The translations under genes and the position numbers were made by a program. From Gammaproteobacteria bacterium (GTDB lineage Bacteria > Pseudomonadota > Gammaproteobacteria > Eutrophobiales > Eutrophobiaceae), in contig OZ220696.1 of assembly GCA_965116495.1 (NCBI GenBank), positions 2,272,001 through 2,336,000 on the forward strand: a DNA stretch of 64,000 nucleotides, read 5' to 3'. A model generated the notes under the pieces. It was not told the DNA's origin, did no database searches, and was given only the letters and a program-made list of their open reading frames with translations. Positions 31,448 through 41,772 of the stretch are shown piece by piece; within the stretch, counting starts at the first letter, position 1; every line of letters begins with the position of its first letter.

Positions 31448-31518
31448 GCGAGCGCCGTTATGGATCATGGTAGGTCTGAGCCTGGTGGGACCGTCCCATC
31501 GCAACGCTCCTCAGACCT
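31448..31518 (-). ncRNA. SAH riboswitch
   Basis: Minus strand GGTCTGAGGAGCGTTGCGA...CCAGGCTCAGACC...TAACGGCGCTCG matches SAH riboswitch conserved elements, directly upstream of ahcY. Confidence 0.92.
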
Positions 31519-31556
31519 GTGCCTGGCGGAGGATTATAGCACATCTCTTTTAACGG

Positions 31557-31585
31557 AAAAGGGGACAGAATTCAATTCTGTCCCC
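31557..31585. repeat. REP-like GGGGACAGA..TCTGTCCCC hairpin
   Basis: AAAAGGGGACAGAATTCAATTCTGTCCCC. Family members lie at 10349, 12674, 21145, 33743-33799 and 44039. Confidence 0.75.
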
Positions 31586-31596
31586 GGCTGGCAGTA

Positions 31597-32430
31597 TCAG
31601 ATATTCCTCAAGAATGACAGGGATGCAGCAGTGAATTGTTGCGGCTTTTCTATCATCGCCCAGTGGCCGCATTCGGGGATGATGTAACCCCAGGAGTTTT
31701 CCACCAGTTCCAGCAACCTGTAAGCGCTGCCCAACGGCACAACCTTGTCCAGTTTGCCGTTCACAACCAGCGTCTTTTGGGTGATACGGGCCATATAGTC
31801 ATCTTCATAATAAAGACCTCCCTGGTCCCGTATCCAGCCCATCACCGCGTTATACGCCTGTTTGGTATCCTCTCGTATCGACAGGCCGTGGCGATAATTG
31901 ATGAGTTCATTATCAAACATGAAATCCGGATTGGTCAAGCCGCGCACGATCCTGACCATCCCGTCAGTGGTGTAGTCGTAATTCATTATCGCCTTCAACT
32001 CGTCGCTAATCGGCGCACGCACGCCGGCGCTGCCCATCAACACCAGCTTGTTCACCAGGTCGGGGCGCTCTAGCGCGACCCCCATGGAGGTGCAACCACC
32101 CATGGAGTTGCCGATCAGGCTCACCGGCGCCAACCCCAGCGTCTCGATTACCGCAATGATGTGTTCATTGCGCGCCTGCTGGGTATAGGAATAGTCCCGG
32201 GGATCCGGCTTGTCGGTGAACCCGAAACCGATCATATCGACGGCGTAGACATGATAATGTTCGGCAAAGCTGTTCAGACAGTCGCGCCAGTTGCCGAAAC
32301 TGTCGGCGCCGGCGCCGCCGCCGTGCAACAGTATCAGCGCCTCGCCGGCGCCCGCCTCGTAGTAATGTGTGTTGACGCCGTTAACATCGACGTATCTGCT
32401 GTCCGCGCCGGGTATGTCTCGTGCTTGCAT
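31597..32430 (-). CDS. CarC-like meta-cleavage product (alpha/beta) hydrolase
   Basis: LHGGGAGA..GNW, GNSMGG, WIRDQGGLYY, SWGYIIPECGHWAMIE, recalling the carbazole-pathway CarC family. Confidence 0.85.
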   Translation of the reverse strand: MQARDIPGADSRYVDVNGVNTHYYEAGAGEALILLHGGGAGADSFGNWRDCLNSFAEHYHVYAVDMIGFGFTDKPDPRDYSYTQQARNEHIIAVIETLGLAPVSLIGNSMGGCTSMGVALERPDLVNKLVLMGSAGVRAPISDELKAIMNYDYTTDGMVRIVRGLTNPDFMFDNELINYRHGLSIREDTKQAYNAVMGWIRDQGGLYYEDDYMARITQKTLVVNGKLDKVVPLGSAYRLLELVENSWGYIIPECGHWAMIEKPQQFTAASLSFLRNI

Positions 32431-32433
32431 CGT

Positions 32434-33630
32434 TTATCCTGCTCTCTGTTTCGGGGGTGATTGTATGCCGCGGGCATGATTAATGACCAGTTTGCGCCAT
32501 TCCACGACGAACTGGTCCAGGGAAAACAGGTTTTCCTCCTGCCAGCCTCGTTCGTCTTCATAAAACGGTTCCATCGCTTCCCTGGCAAAGATATCATCAT
32601 CGTTGAAGCCTGATTTCAACGCCAGTTCTTCCCAGCAGTTGTCGTACTGCACCTTGAAGTCCTCTTGCTCTTCTGCGGTCTTACAGGTCCTGGCCAATAC
32701 CTGCCAGTAAACATGGTGTTTATCATCCGTCGGGACATACCATTCGTACTGGGCAAGCCCGTAGACAGGCCAGTTCTCAACATACAACACCCCGGGCAGG
32801 TACATGGTGACATTCAGACCTTCACGGATGGTATTGCCGTAGGTTTTCACGCCCAGGCGCTTGTTTTCCATGACATGGTCCAGGGCGATGTAATCCAGTC
32901 CGATACCCTTGGGCCAGCCCTCATCCCGGATGAGGATGGAGTCCTTATCCTTCAATTGGACCGACAGTGGAAATGACAGGTTTTGCGACAACAGCAGGGG
33001 AGACAGGCGGTGGATCATGATATGACCCGGGTCGCCGCCACTCTCCGCGGCCAGGCGCCAGTTCCCGACGCAGTGCCGGCGGATGCCCAGCAAGACCGTG
33101 TCTTCATCCAGCAGGTACGCGGTCCTGTGTTCGTAATCATCGGCTACGCGGTGCGGCAAATCGTGTGCCAGCGGCTGTCTAGGGTAGTCTTCATCGCCGA
33201 TGAAAACAAAAACCATTCCGTTGACTTCCTTGACCGGGTAGGTGCGCAGTGACACCTTGCCGATCAACGGGTCTTCCTGCGAGGCGATGATATCGCACAG
33301 GTCGCCGCTTTCCAGGTCGTAGGTAAAACCGTGGTACCAGCACGAGATGGTGTCCTTGGTAAAACAGGTGGGGCGGGCCGAAATACGCACGCCGCGGTGC
33401 AGGCATTCGTCCCGCAACGCGTACACCCTGCCGTCGGCCCGGCGCAGGGCGATGGGTTCTCCTGCTATTTGAATACCCTTTACTTCATCCTCTTTGACCT
33501 CATAACTGAACAGGGCCGGATACCAGTGGTTCTTTATCCCCCACCTGGCATTGATGTAGGGCTGCAGAAATTTTAATGGTTTCCGGTTCTTTGAGCTGTA
33601 AGCGGACATGTATCGTACAGATTCTATCAA
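32434..33630 (-). CDS. Homotrimeric Rieske oxygenase, OxoO/CarAa family
   Basis: NHWYPALF, CLHRGV, PTCFTKDTISCWYHG, NWRLAAE..D..H...H, FNDDDIFARE. Start may be the second Met (33609). Confidence 0.88.
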   Translation of the reverse strand: MIESVRYMSAYSSKNRKPLKFLQPYINARWGIKNHWYPALFSYEVKEDEVKGIQIAGEPIALRRADGRVYALRDECLHRGVRISARPTCFTKDTISCWYHGFTYDLESGDLCDIIASQEDPLIGKVSLRTYPVKEVNGMVFVFIGDEDYPRQPLAHDLPHRVADDYEHRTAYLLDEDTVLLGIRRHCVGNWRLAAESGGDPGHIMIHRLSPLLLSQNLSFPLSVQLKDKDSILIRDEGWPKGIGLDYIALDHVMENKRLGVKTYGNTIREGLNVTMYLPGVLYVENWPVYGLAQYEWYVPTDDKHHVYWQVLARTCKTAEEQEDFKVQYDNCWEELALKSGFNDDDIFAREAMEPFYEDERGWQEENLFSLDQFVVEWRKLVINHARGIQSPPKQRAG

Positions 33631-33822
33631 ACGAATAACTTCCCTCTATTCTAAGTCACCTGTTTAATTCATCCAACAGTGTTCTAATCCTGGGGTCGAT
33701 AAAACGAACCACTTCCGCATCCAGGTGCCATTCCTCCCTGGAAAAAGGGGATAGATTTATTTTATCCCGGTAAAAGAAAAATAAATCTGTCCCCTTTTTC
33801 GTGGATTCCCTGTCCATACTTC

Positions 33823-35403
33823 CTAAAACAAGCCTGATTTGATATCCCTGTGCGGGTAGTTCCGGATTAACCCCATGTGCGAACCGACCATGCGTTGGAA
33901 CGGGACGATAGACCACAGGTGGTGATACATGGCGCCGAATTTTTCCGCCGGGTCGCGGGCAATGTTATAGAGTTCGTAGTTGGGTAGACCGCCCCTTGAG
34001 CCGGGTATCATGTGCAATTTATGGTCTTCCATACGCACGGCCTTCAGGTCCTTGCCGCTGTAATAAAACATGTAATCACGGCGCCCGTTGCCTGCGCCGT
34101 TGAGCAGCAGGGGCAACTGATCGATACCGTCTATGATCCGGTCCGAGGGAATTTTGTCTTCTATGCCTGCTACCCTGGCGGCAGTGACGAACAGGTCCGT
34201 TACCGAGATCATATCCAGTGGTTGCTGCCCGGGTTCTATCATGCCGGGCCATACGGCAAATCCCGGCGTACGCACGCCGCCCTCGTAGACCTCTCCCTTG
34301 GCGCCGCGCAGCCAGGAATAGCCGGCGTTGGGCCAGAAGGCATACATGGGACCGTTGTCACTCACCCATATCAGCAGTGTGTTCTCTTCGATGCCTGCTT
34401 CTTTTACAGTATCCAGAAGTTGCTGGATGTAGTCATCGTGTTGGGCCAATTGTGCCGCCTGGTTGTTGCGGTAGTCCTGCCCTTCACCGAAACGGTATTC
34501 CCGCGGGGATGAGGCCATCTGCTGGGCATAACTGGCCCAGTACAGGAAAAACGGCTTGTCCGATTTTGCCTTGTCCCTGATGTATTCCTTGATTTTGATA
34601 ATGGACTGCTCCTCCATTTCCACCATGGATTCGGCAGACATGGGAGCGATTTCCCGGCGGCCCTTGCCCTTGATTCCTTCCAGCGCGCCCAGGATCTCTA
34701 TGCCGTACTTCTCGCGGTAGTCCTCGAAGGTGCCGGGGAAATCATAGAAATGGCCGACGCCGTCCACGGTCTGCGCCCTGTAGAACGCGTCTTGGTTGAC
34801 CCAGGAATAGATGGCGCCGTTGTAGAGACCGTAATAGGCGTAGTCAAAGCCCTGGTTCTCCGGCGCATGGGGTTCCAGGTCGCCCACGTGCCACTTGCCG
34901 AACATGGCGGTGTGGTAACCGGCCGCAGACAGCATCTCGGCGATGGTCACCTCCTCCGGCGCCAGTCCCTGTGTCTGTCCCGGCCAAAGCACGATATCGA
35001 CACCGGTACGCACCGGGTGGCGTCCGGTCAACAGTGCAAGCCGCGTGGGTGTGCAGGAGGGTTCGGAATAGTGGGCGAGGAACTGCATGCCCTGTTTCGC
35101 CATATTATCCAGGTTAGGCGTGGGTGTGCCGCGCAGTTTACCACCCAGGTAGGAGCCCAGTTCGCCCCACCCCACGTCATCACCGAGCACGTAAATAATG
35201 TTGGGCTTTTTACCGAAGCGCTTTTCCAGGCCGGCCAGTTTTTTATCAATAGCCTGATCTTCCTTGTTCCAGGCCCCGGCGTTTTCCTGCATGGCCTTTT
35301 GAAATGGCGCATCGGGTTGGTAGGCGTTCGCTGTGACCGCAACAAGAAGGGTCAACAACAATGTGGACAAAATTGCGGCGATTTGCTTATTCAGGTGATA
35401 CAT
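33823..35403 (-). CDS. Secreted Cys-type (formylglycine) arylsulfatase
   Basis: Signal peptide, KPNIIYVLGDDVGW, SCTPTRLALLTGR, FGKWH, SDNG, YEGGVRTP. Confidence 0.93.
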   Translation of the reverse strand: MYHLNKQIAAILSTLLLTLLVAVTANAYQPDAPFQKAMQENAGAWNKEDQAIDKKLAGLEKRFGKKPNIIYVLGDDVGWGELGSYLGGKLRGTPTPNLDNMAKQGMQFLAHYSEPSCTPTRLALLTGRHPVRTGVDIVLWPGQTQGLAPEEVTIAEMLSAAGYHTAMFGKWHVGDLEPHAPENQGFDYAYYGLYNGAIYSWVNQDAFYRAQTVDGVGHFYDFPGTFEDYREKYGIEILGALEGIKGKGRREIAPMSAESMVEMEEQSIIKIKEYIRDKAKSDKPFFLYWASYAQQMASSPREYRFGEGQDYRNNQAAQLAQHDDYIQQLLDTVKEAGIEENTLLIWVSDNGPMYAFWPNAGYSWLRGAKGEVYEGGVRTPGFAVWPGMIEPGQQPLDMISVTDLFVTAARVAGIEDKIPSDRIIDGIDQLPLLLNGAGNGRRDYMFYYSGKDLKAVRMEDHKLHMIPGSRGGLPNYELYNIARDPAEKFGAMYHHLWSIVPFQRMVGSHMGLIRNYPHRDIKSGLF

Positions 35404-35498
35404 GCATTTCCCCCTGGAAAAATCCTGTACTCTCGATAATAATACTTCCAGGTATCCATTTAACCACATAAAGGATTAAACAGGAGACACTATAGCTC

Positions 35499-36188
35499 AT
35501 GTCTATCGCTCATTTTCTTATCTTCGGCGCCCATCCGTCGGCTGCAAATGAAACAGCTGGGCAATTCCCCGAATCAGAAATTTCCGCCCTGGCGACGCTT
35601 CCCGGCGTCGAACGGGTCGATCGTTATGAACCCACGGAGTTTCCGGACGACCCTTATGACGATGACCGTCAGGGACAGGTGCTCACCATAAAATCCTGTT
35701 ACCGCGATATCGCCAGTCTTGAACAGGGCCTGGCTTCGGCTGTATTTCAACGGCTGGTTAATGCAGCCCACAGTTCCGGCTACAGGTTAACTCACGACGC
35801 CATGGAGATGGTGTTATATCCGGTCGCAGATGAGAGCGAACCCAGGGAGTTGACCGCGCCGATCTCCTACGTGGTGCGCTACCATTATCCGGCAGATGAC
35901 GTAAAGCGGTTTATTGATTACTACACTTCCCATCATCCGGTAATCGAAAGACGCTTTCCGCGCATCGCCGGCATCATGTGTTACCTGCCGATCAAGTGGC
36001 GCGACCCGACTGATTTGCCGTTGTTGGGGTACATGCTGGGTAATGAGGTAGTATTCGAGTCCGTAGAGGATATGAGCCATGCCTTGCATTCACCTGTCAT
36101 AGACGAAATGTCGGCTGATTTTGAGCAATTCCCCACTTTCCAGGGGTGTCATACGCATTATCCCATGCGGCGCAGACGAGTTGGCTGA
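35499..36188 (+). CDS. EthD-like (dimeric alpha/beta barrel) protein
   Basis: FIDYYTSHHP, EVVFESVEDM..ALHSP...ADF. Confidence 0.7.
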   Translation: MSIAHFLIFGAHPSAANETAGQFPESEISALATLPGVERVDRYEPTEFPDDPYDDDRQGQVLTIKSCYRDIASLEQGLASAVFQRLVNAAHSSGYRLTHDAMEMVLYPVADESEPRELTAPISYVVRYHYPADDVKRFIDYYTSHHPVIERRFPRIAGIMCYLPIKWRDPTDLPLLGYMLGNEVVFESVEDMSHALHSPVIDEMSADFEQFPTFQGCHTHYPMRRRRVG

Positions 36189-36329
36189 AATCACTAAAGA
36201 GTTATATTGGTCCGACCCCTGAGGGAGAGCGACCAGAGCGAGCCGGGGCCAGAATATTTGTTAAATAAACTTTACAATATTATTATTTAAGGCTAATATG
36301 TTCAATATAGTTTACATTTATATATTGTC

Positions 36330-36599
36330 ATGACACTGCAAGAACTCGGAAAGCAGATTTCTGTCCTGCGTAAAGAAACAGGCCTGAGCCAAGATGAAAT
36401 ATGCCGGGTTGCGGGGATCTCACGCACCACGCTAAGCCGGCTTGAAAACAGTGAATTGTCTGAGTTGGGTTATAATAAGACGCTCCGCATCATGTCCTGC
36501 CTCAATAAGGATCTGGCGGTGGTGAACAAAACGCCAATGCCGACGCTGGATGATCTTGTGCGTCAGCGGCATGAAGACCTCAATCAGTCAGCTTCATAG
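36330..36599 (+). CDS. XRE HTH antitoxin (HipB-like)
   Basis: LSQDEICRVAGISRTTLSRLEN, PTLDDL; immediately upstream of a HipA gene. Confidence 0.85.
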   Translation: MTLQELGKQISVLRKETGLSQDEICRVAGISRTTLSRLENSELSELGYNKTLRIMSCLNKDLAVVNKTPMPTLDDLVRQRHEDLNQSAS

Positions 36600-36617
36600 A
36601 AACCTTGATGAAAGGGC

Positions 36618-38048
36618 GTGCTTGTGGTCGCAAAGGTCAAGAGATTATTAATCAGTGTCAATCGCATGCCGGCAGGCTACCTGTCCAAAGACGAAACCGG
36701 GCATGGCGAAAAGAAGTACGTTTTCACCTACCTACCCGACATCCGTCCGCAGCAGGCCGTCTCGTTGACCATGCCTGTTCGCAGTGAAAGCTATGTTCTG
36801 GGGTTTCTGCATCCGGTGTTTGAAATGAGCCAGCCGGAGGGGTTGCTCAAGGACCATTTGGTAAATCGATTCAGCAAAATACTTTCCATGGATGATATGG
36901 GGCTGTTATTCCTGACCGGCCGTTCCCGGGTCGGGAACGTCATGGCCGAAATAGCCCCCAATAACACCGATCAAGAACTTGCTGAAATTGCCTGGAGCAC
37001 GTTTCGGCATGAACAGCAATATGTCGTGGAAGCGAAAAAAGTCGTGCAGGCAAGCGAACAGGACTGGGAACCGTTGTTTGAGCGATTGCTTGAGGATTTT
37101 GCCGTCCGCTCAGGGATTGGTGGCATACAGCCGAAAGTCCTGGCCCGGGTTGCTGAAATTTTACCTGGGGATCAAGATCGGTTTATAGCCACTACACCGA
37201 CACATATTGTCAAGGCATCAAACAGGGAGTATCCGTACCTGGCGCTGAACGAATCCCTGTGCTTAGCGGTAACGAAGCAAGCTGGACTCGATGTTCCCGG
37301 GCATCAAATCAGCGATAACGGGCAGGTTATTATCATCGACCGGTTTGATTTGAAGGAAGATGGCAGCCGTTATGCTGTTGAAGATGGTTGCGTGCTCCAG
37401 GCTCTACCGGCCGGTGAGAGATACGAGAGCAGTATGGAAAAACTGGCCAACGCAATCCTGACGTACCTGCCGGATAAAAACAAACCGGCGGCCGCAAAGG
37501 CGCTTTTCACGTTGACCGTGATCAATACACTGGTTCGCAACGGCGATGCCCATTTAAAAAACTTCGCCATTATGTATGATGCAGCAGGGGACGCCGTTTT
37601 GGCCCCGCCCTATGACATCACCACGACCCAGGCTTACGCATCTCTTAGAGACGATGTCCCGGCGCTCATGATGCATAACACCCGGCGCTGGCCGACCATA
37701 AAAGAACTCGTCCGCTTTGGAAAATTGTCCTGCCATCTTAAAGAGACGGAATGCAAACATATCATTGAGAATGTCATTAAGGCGCTATCTGGTGTCGGCA
37801 AAACCATTCCCGCCGTCATTAAGACATATCCGGGTTCTGAACACGTCTGTACCGCCATGGTGTCAAGGTGGAATGACGGGCTAAAGTCACTTTACTTTAA
37901 AAAGGATGGTGAAAAGAAAGCGTTCCGGACCGGGCTTGACAAGGTTGAAGAAGCCCTGCTGTCAACTTACGGTGACCCGTACCAAAACCGGGATAACACA
38001 ACTCGACCTGTTCGACAGGATAACTCATTACGCGCACCTGGATTTTAA
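36618..38048 (+). CDS. hipA: HipA-family toxin kinase
   Basis: VSLTMP, PEG, SGIGGIQPK, IDRFD, NGDAHLKNF, LAPPYDI. Confidence 0.92.
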   Translation: MLVVAKVKRLLISVNRMPAGYLSKDETGHGEKKYVFTYLPDIRPQQAVSLTMPVRSESYVLGFLHPVFEMSQPEGLLKDHLVNRFSKILSMDDMGLLFLTGRSRVGNVMAEIAPNNTDQELAEIAWSTFRHEQQYVVEAKKVVQASEQDWEPLFERLLEDFAVRSGIGGIQPKVLARVAEILPGDQDRFIATTPTHIVKASNREYPYLALNESLCLAVTKQAGLDVPGHQISDNGQVIIIDRFDLKEDGSRYAVEDGCVLQALPAGERYESSMEKLANAILTYLPDKNKPAAAKALFTLTVINTLVRNGDAHLKNFAIMYDAAGDAVLAPPYDITTTQAYASLRDDVPALMMHNTRRWPTIKELVRFGKLSCHLKETECKHIIENVIKALSGVGKTIPAVIKTYPGSEHVCTAMVSRWNDGLKSLYFKKDGEKKAFRTGLDKVEEALLSTYGDPYQNRDNTTRPVRQDNSLRAPGF

Positions 38049-38153
38049 CTCGGGAACACATCTTCGCGCCCGTAGCCGTCCTTGGTCCTAAGGAACAGTC
38101 TGCCTTGTTCGCGCAACAGGTCCGATATCGAGAGAAGCCGCCACTAAAGTTTC

Positions 38154-38378
38154 TCAGGACACTTCTGTAAAGACGTCTTCATCGGTCAGCCAGCCATGGG
38201 CTTCAGCAAACGGCGCCAGGCGTTGTCTGAGGTCATTGAAACGCTCAAGCGCAAGTTGTCGTCTCAGTGCTTCACGGGCGAATTCACTCTTGCGTTTGCC
38301 CGTGCGCGCCGCGAGCTCCCGCAACTCGGAGGCAAGTTTATCATCGATTCGAATGGTCAAAGTCGTCACGTAAGACAA
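38154..38378 (-). CDS. CopG/ribbon-helix-helix protein (antitoxin-like, orphan)
   Basis: TLTIRIDD...KSEFAREALRRQL...PFAEAHGWLTDEDVF. Confidence 0.8.
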   Translation of the reverse strand: MSYVTTLTIRIDDKLASELRELAARTGKRKSEFAREALRRQLALERFNDLRQRLAPFAEAHGWLTDEDVFTEVS

Positions 38379-38549
38379 TGTATCACATGACGCTATGCTG
38401 GTTAAAGAAAATCATCTATCCGGAAGATGGTTTCATTGCCATGAATCCTGAAACTGCCAGTCATACACTACCGGCTTCTCTGCACCGACGTATTGACTTA
38501 TCAGGTTTTTCAGCCCGTCAGGGCATTACGCCGTCGAAGTCAGGAAACA

Positions 38550-40964
38550 CTATTGACCATCCGCATTTTCGACGAAATAGCCAAGGTTTTTGTAGCCTTG
38601 GATACGCTTTTCACTCATACGCCTGAGCATTGGGACAAGGTTATCTACATAATCGTAAACAAGCACTTCCCGTTTTTCGGGATTCGGTCGATGTAGACGG
38701 CCGACATATTGTGCCAGAACCCCCTTCCAGGAAACCGGCATCGCAAGAAACAGTGTATCAAGACGTGCATCATCGAAACCTTCGCCGATATAACGGCCTG
38801 TCGCAATTAATACCCTCTCTTCGGTTTCGCCTATTTCCTCAAGCTGTTGCATCATCTCGCGGCGTTGCCTTACCCCCATACCACCGTGGAGCAGCAGGAC
38901 ATTCTGCGCGAAACGGCTAAGCCTCTCGGAAAGTTGGAAGGCATGGTCCCTGCGTTCGGTGATGATGACAGGCGAGCGCTGTTCGTCCAAGGTCTTCAAC
39001 ACATCATCGAAAATCAGTGTATTGCGTTTCTCGTCCGTAGATAGTTCTGTATAAATTCGCTGAACAGGAATATGCTTTTCCCCGATTTCTGCCGAAAGTT
39101 GGAATTCAGTTGGGCGCAGGACCACTCTGTGTTTGAACGGGCGTTTGCGGGCTTGTGCTTTTGCGGTAGTCCTGAATCGCACCGGGCCACATTGCATGAA
39201 GATGATCGGATGGTGTCCATCCTGACGGGTAATTGTCGCCGAAAGTCCCAGGATATATTTTGCCTTCGCATAGCGGGCGACAGATTCAAAACTGACCGCG
39301 GATATATGGTGGCATTCGTCAACTACCAAATGACCGTAATTGGAAATCACATCATCAACCTCGCCTTTACGCACCAGGCTCTGAATAACGGCAACATCGA
39401 CAATACCACCAAGCTTGCGTTTGCCGCCGCCAAGTTGCCCGATCGAGGAAGCAGGAAGGTCGAGGAACACCCCGAGCCGCGCAATCCATTGTTCCATGAG
39501 CTGACGGCGATGCACCAGGATGAGCGTGTTGGTTTTGCGAGCGGCAATAATAGAGGCGGCGACAACAGTTTTCCCAAACGCAGTTGTTGCTGCAAGCACC
39601 CCGGTATCGTGCGCCAGAAGAGCATCGGCAGAGGTTTCCTGCTCCGGTGTCAATTCACCAAGAAAGTCTGTCTTGATCTTGTGGCCGGGGTAACGTTCGT
39701 CACGTAGATTCACACGCATATCCAACTCCTTAAACAACTGCTCCATTTCTTCGCGATTACCGCGCGGCAAGGCAATATGGCGCGACAGCAGTTCTCCACA
39801 AGAAATAATGCGGGGAATACCGAACGTTGAAAGCCGCATCGCCTGGGCGCGGTAAAAGGCCGGGTTCTGGAAGGCGGCAAGACGAATAAGTCGGTTTATC
39901 AGACTGGGAGGCAACCCGGCACGCGGAATATAAATTTGATTACCCAGAACTATCTCCAAACTACGGGGCAGTGGATCTGTAATCTCGGTTGTAAGTTTGA
40001 GTCGCGAAGGTGAGGCGCTCCAGGGTTCCTCATTCTCCTCATCAAGTGCCCAGCGCAGGTCAATGACCTGATCCTGCCGACCTGCGGCTTCGACGAGTGC
40101 CATCAATTTCGCCAGGCTGAGGCGGGGAAGTGCCGAGAGAAACGCCCATTGATCTCGATAAGGTTCGAAACTTTCATCAAGAAAGACACTATTGCCACTC
40201 TGACGCGGACCATGCTGCAAGGGCAGCGCAATAAGGTTGCCGAAACCGCCGACCGGCATGGTATCCTGGCTTGGAAAAAGTCGGTCGTAGGACTCAAAGC
40301 CGATGTCGGGATTGCGTTGCATGGTCTCTGTAAAAAGATGAGTTCCAAGGCGCCGAGCAAGCGCCACTGGTGCCGGCTCTGCGAAAAATATCCACACGTG
40401 GCCGCCATTGCCGGAACGCGATCTCTCAAAGGCTGACGGTATCTGTTTGGACCGACAAGTTGCCAAAAAGGCTTCCGCGTCCCGTTGCCATGTCTGTTTA
40501 TCAAAATCGGCAGCAAGAAACCAGCAGGCGCCGTCAGTAAGCATGGGATATACACCTATCGTTTGACGCCCACGCAAATGCCCGTTGATTACCTCATTCG
40601 TTACTCTCAAGAAGTCCTGATTCGGGCACTCGCCGCATTTGATCTTGGGCTTGTCGCATATCCCAGGCTTCCACTCATTGCCGCAGGCCGGCGCATAACC
40701 GGCCTTGCCTGTCCTGGCGTTTTGCCATCGTTTCGGGAACACGTCCTCGCGCCCTAGGAACAGAGAGCGAAACAGGGAGATCTTTTCGCTCGCCCCGGAA
40801 AGGTTCGTCACGAGCCCTTTGGTATGCTGTTCGTCTGGTTCAGACGAACTCTTGGTGAGAAGCTCAGCAAGCCGGCTTTCAAGCTCTGATTTTTCGGCTT
40901 CGAGCCGCTTCAGACGCTCCTGAATGGCCGCAATTTCTTTAAGATGCGATGTGTCAACCGTCAA
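38550..40964 (-). CDS. AEP-primase-like domain plus SF2 (ResIII-like) helicase, TOTE conflict-system type
   Basis: LFRSLFLGREDVF, GYAPACGNEW, FLAADFD, RSRSGNGGHVW, GNLIALPLQ, ATTAFGKT, VDECHH, GLSAT, QYVGRLHR. Confidence 0.85.
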   Translation of the reverse strand: MTVDTSHLKEIAAIQERLKRLEAEKSELESRLAELLTKSSSEPDEQHTKGLVTNLSGASEKISLFRSLFLGREDVFPKRWQNARTGKAGYAPACGNEWKPGICDKPKIKCGECPNQDFLRVTNEVINGHLRGRQTIGVYPMLTDGACWFLAADFDKQTWQRDAEAFLATCRSKQIPSAFERSRSGNGGHVWIFFAEPAPVALARRLGTHLFTETMQRNPDIGFESYDRLFPSQDTMPVGGFGNLIALPLQHGPRQSGNSVFLDESFEPYRDQWAFLSALPRLSLAKLMALVEAAGRQDQVIDLRWALDEENEEPWSASPSRLKLTTEITDPLPRSLEIVLGNQIYIPRAGLPPSLINRLIRLAAFQNPAFYRAQAMRLSTFGIPRIISCGELLSRHIALPRGNREEMEQLFKELDMRVNLRDERYPGHKIKTDFLGELTPEQETSADALLAHDTGVLAATTAFGKTVVAASIIAARKTNTLILVHRRQLMEQWIARLGVFLDLPASSIGQLGGGKRKLGGIVDVAVIQSLVRKGEVDDVISNYGHLVVDECHHISAVSFESVARYAKAKYILGLSATITRQDGHHPIIFMQCGPVRFRTTAKAQARKRPFKHRVVLRPTEFQLSAEIGEKHIPVQRIYTELSTDEKRNTLIFDDVLKTLDEQRSPVIITERRDHAFQLSERLSRFAQNVLLLHGGMGVRQRREMMQQLEEIGETEERVLIATGRYIGEGFDDARLDTLFLAMPVSWKGVLAQYVGRLHRPNPEKREVLVYDYVDNLVPMLRRMSEKRIQGYKNLGYFVENADGQ

Positions 40965-41241
40965 AAGGGCACCATTGCCTTTAGGCCGAGAATTATTATA
41001 GTAACAAAAATCAAAACGTCACTATCGCCGAAAATTGAATAAATTGATGCGACCTGATAGGAAAACCGCTTCAATGCCGTTTCTGGCAAGACTTATTCAA
41101 GATATGGAAAAATTGCTGCCTGTTCATTTATGTATAGAACCCCAAGGGGAGTTGTGTATAATTGCAGTTGCTTCATTTTGATCGGACAAACTGCTGTACA
41201 TCAAGGAGCTAAGATTAAGTAACCTTAAAGGGAAAATTAAA

Positions 41242-41772
41242 ATGACCGATAAACGAGAAGGCAACCTGCCGATCATCAATATTTCACTTCTCCAGCGCGA
41301 TGCCTATGTTTTGTTGGCGTTACTATTGGCAGACGAAAAAATCGCTCAATTTGATAAACTGCTTGATACAGTTGAGGAACACTTTGAAGGTTCTGTCAAT
41401 CAATTGCTTATATGGTTATCTACCGCATCCAGACAGATGCTGGAATTGTCCAAGTCCGATATCAAAGATAGCCCATGTGGTAAATTCTGGACAAATCTGG
41501 ATGCAGAACCAATGGAATTAACATTTCATAGGGCTTGTAGCACCATCATCCATGCCACAGAGATAATTCCTTACGAAACAAAAGGAGACAAATCAAAACA
41601 ATTGGGGGAGGAGAAGCAGTTTTATAAGGGTCGATTGACCATCATAGGAAAAAACAAAAAGCGTGAACAGAAAATAGAGCTTGATGGTCGGAAATATATT
41701 GACTCTGTTATAATGCTGTCAAGAATTTTCAATGGCGGAGAAACACATGCCGACAAGCAGAACTACATATAA
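41242..41772 (+). CDS. Hypothetical protein (AT-rich)
   Basis: 176-aa ORF with a plausible RBS; no family recognised. Confidence 0.65.
   Translation: MTDKREGNLPIINISLLQRDAYVLLALLLADEKIAQFDKLLDTVEEHFEGSVNQLLIWLSTASRQMLELSKSDIKDSPCGKFWTNLDAEPMELTFHRACSTIIHATEIIPYETKGDKSKQLGEEKQFYKGRLTIIGKNKKREQKIELDGRKYIDSVIMLSRIFNGGETHADKQNYI

Noticed and set aside
33656-33916. 86-aa ORF as a ferredoxin for the Rieske oxygenase
   Set aside because: It has no Fe-S ligands, overlaps the sulfatase end and reads through a REP hairpin.
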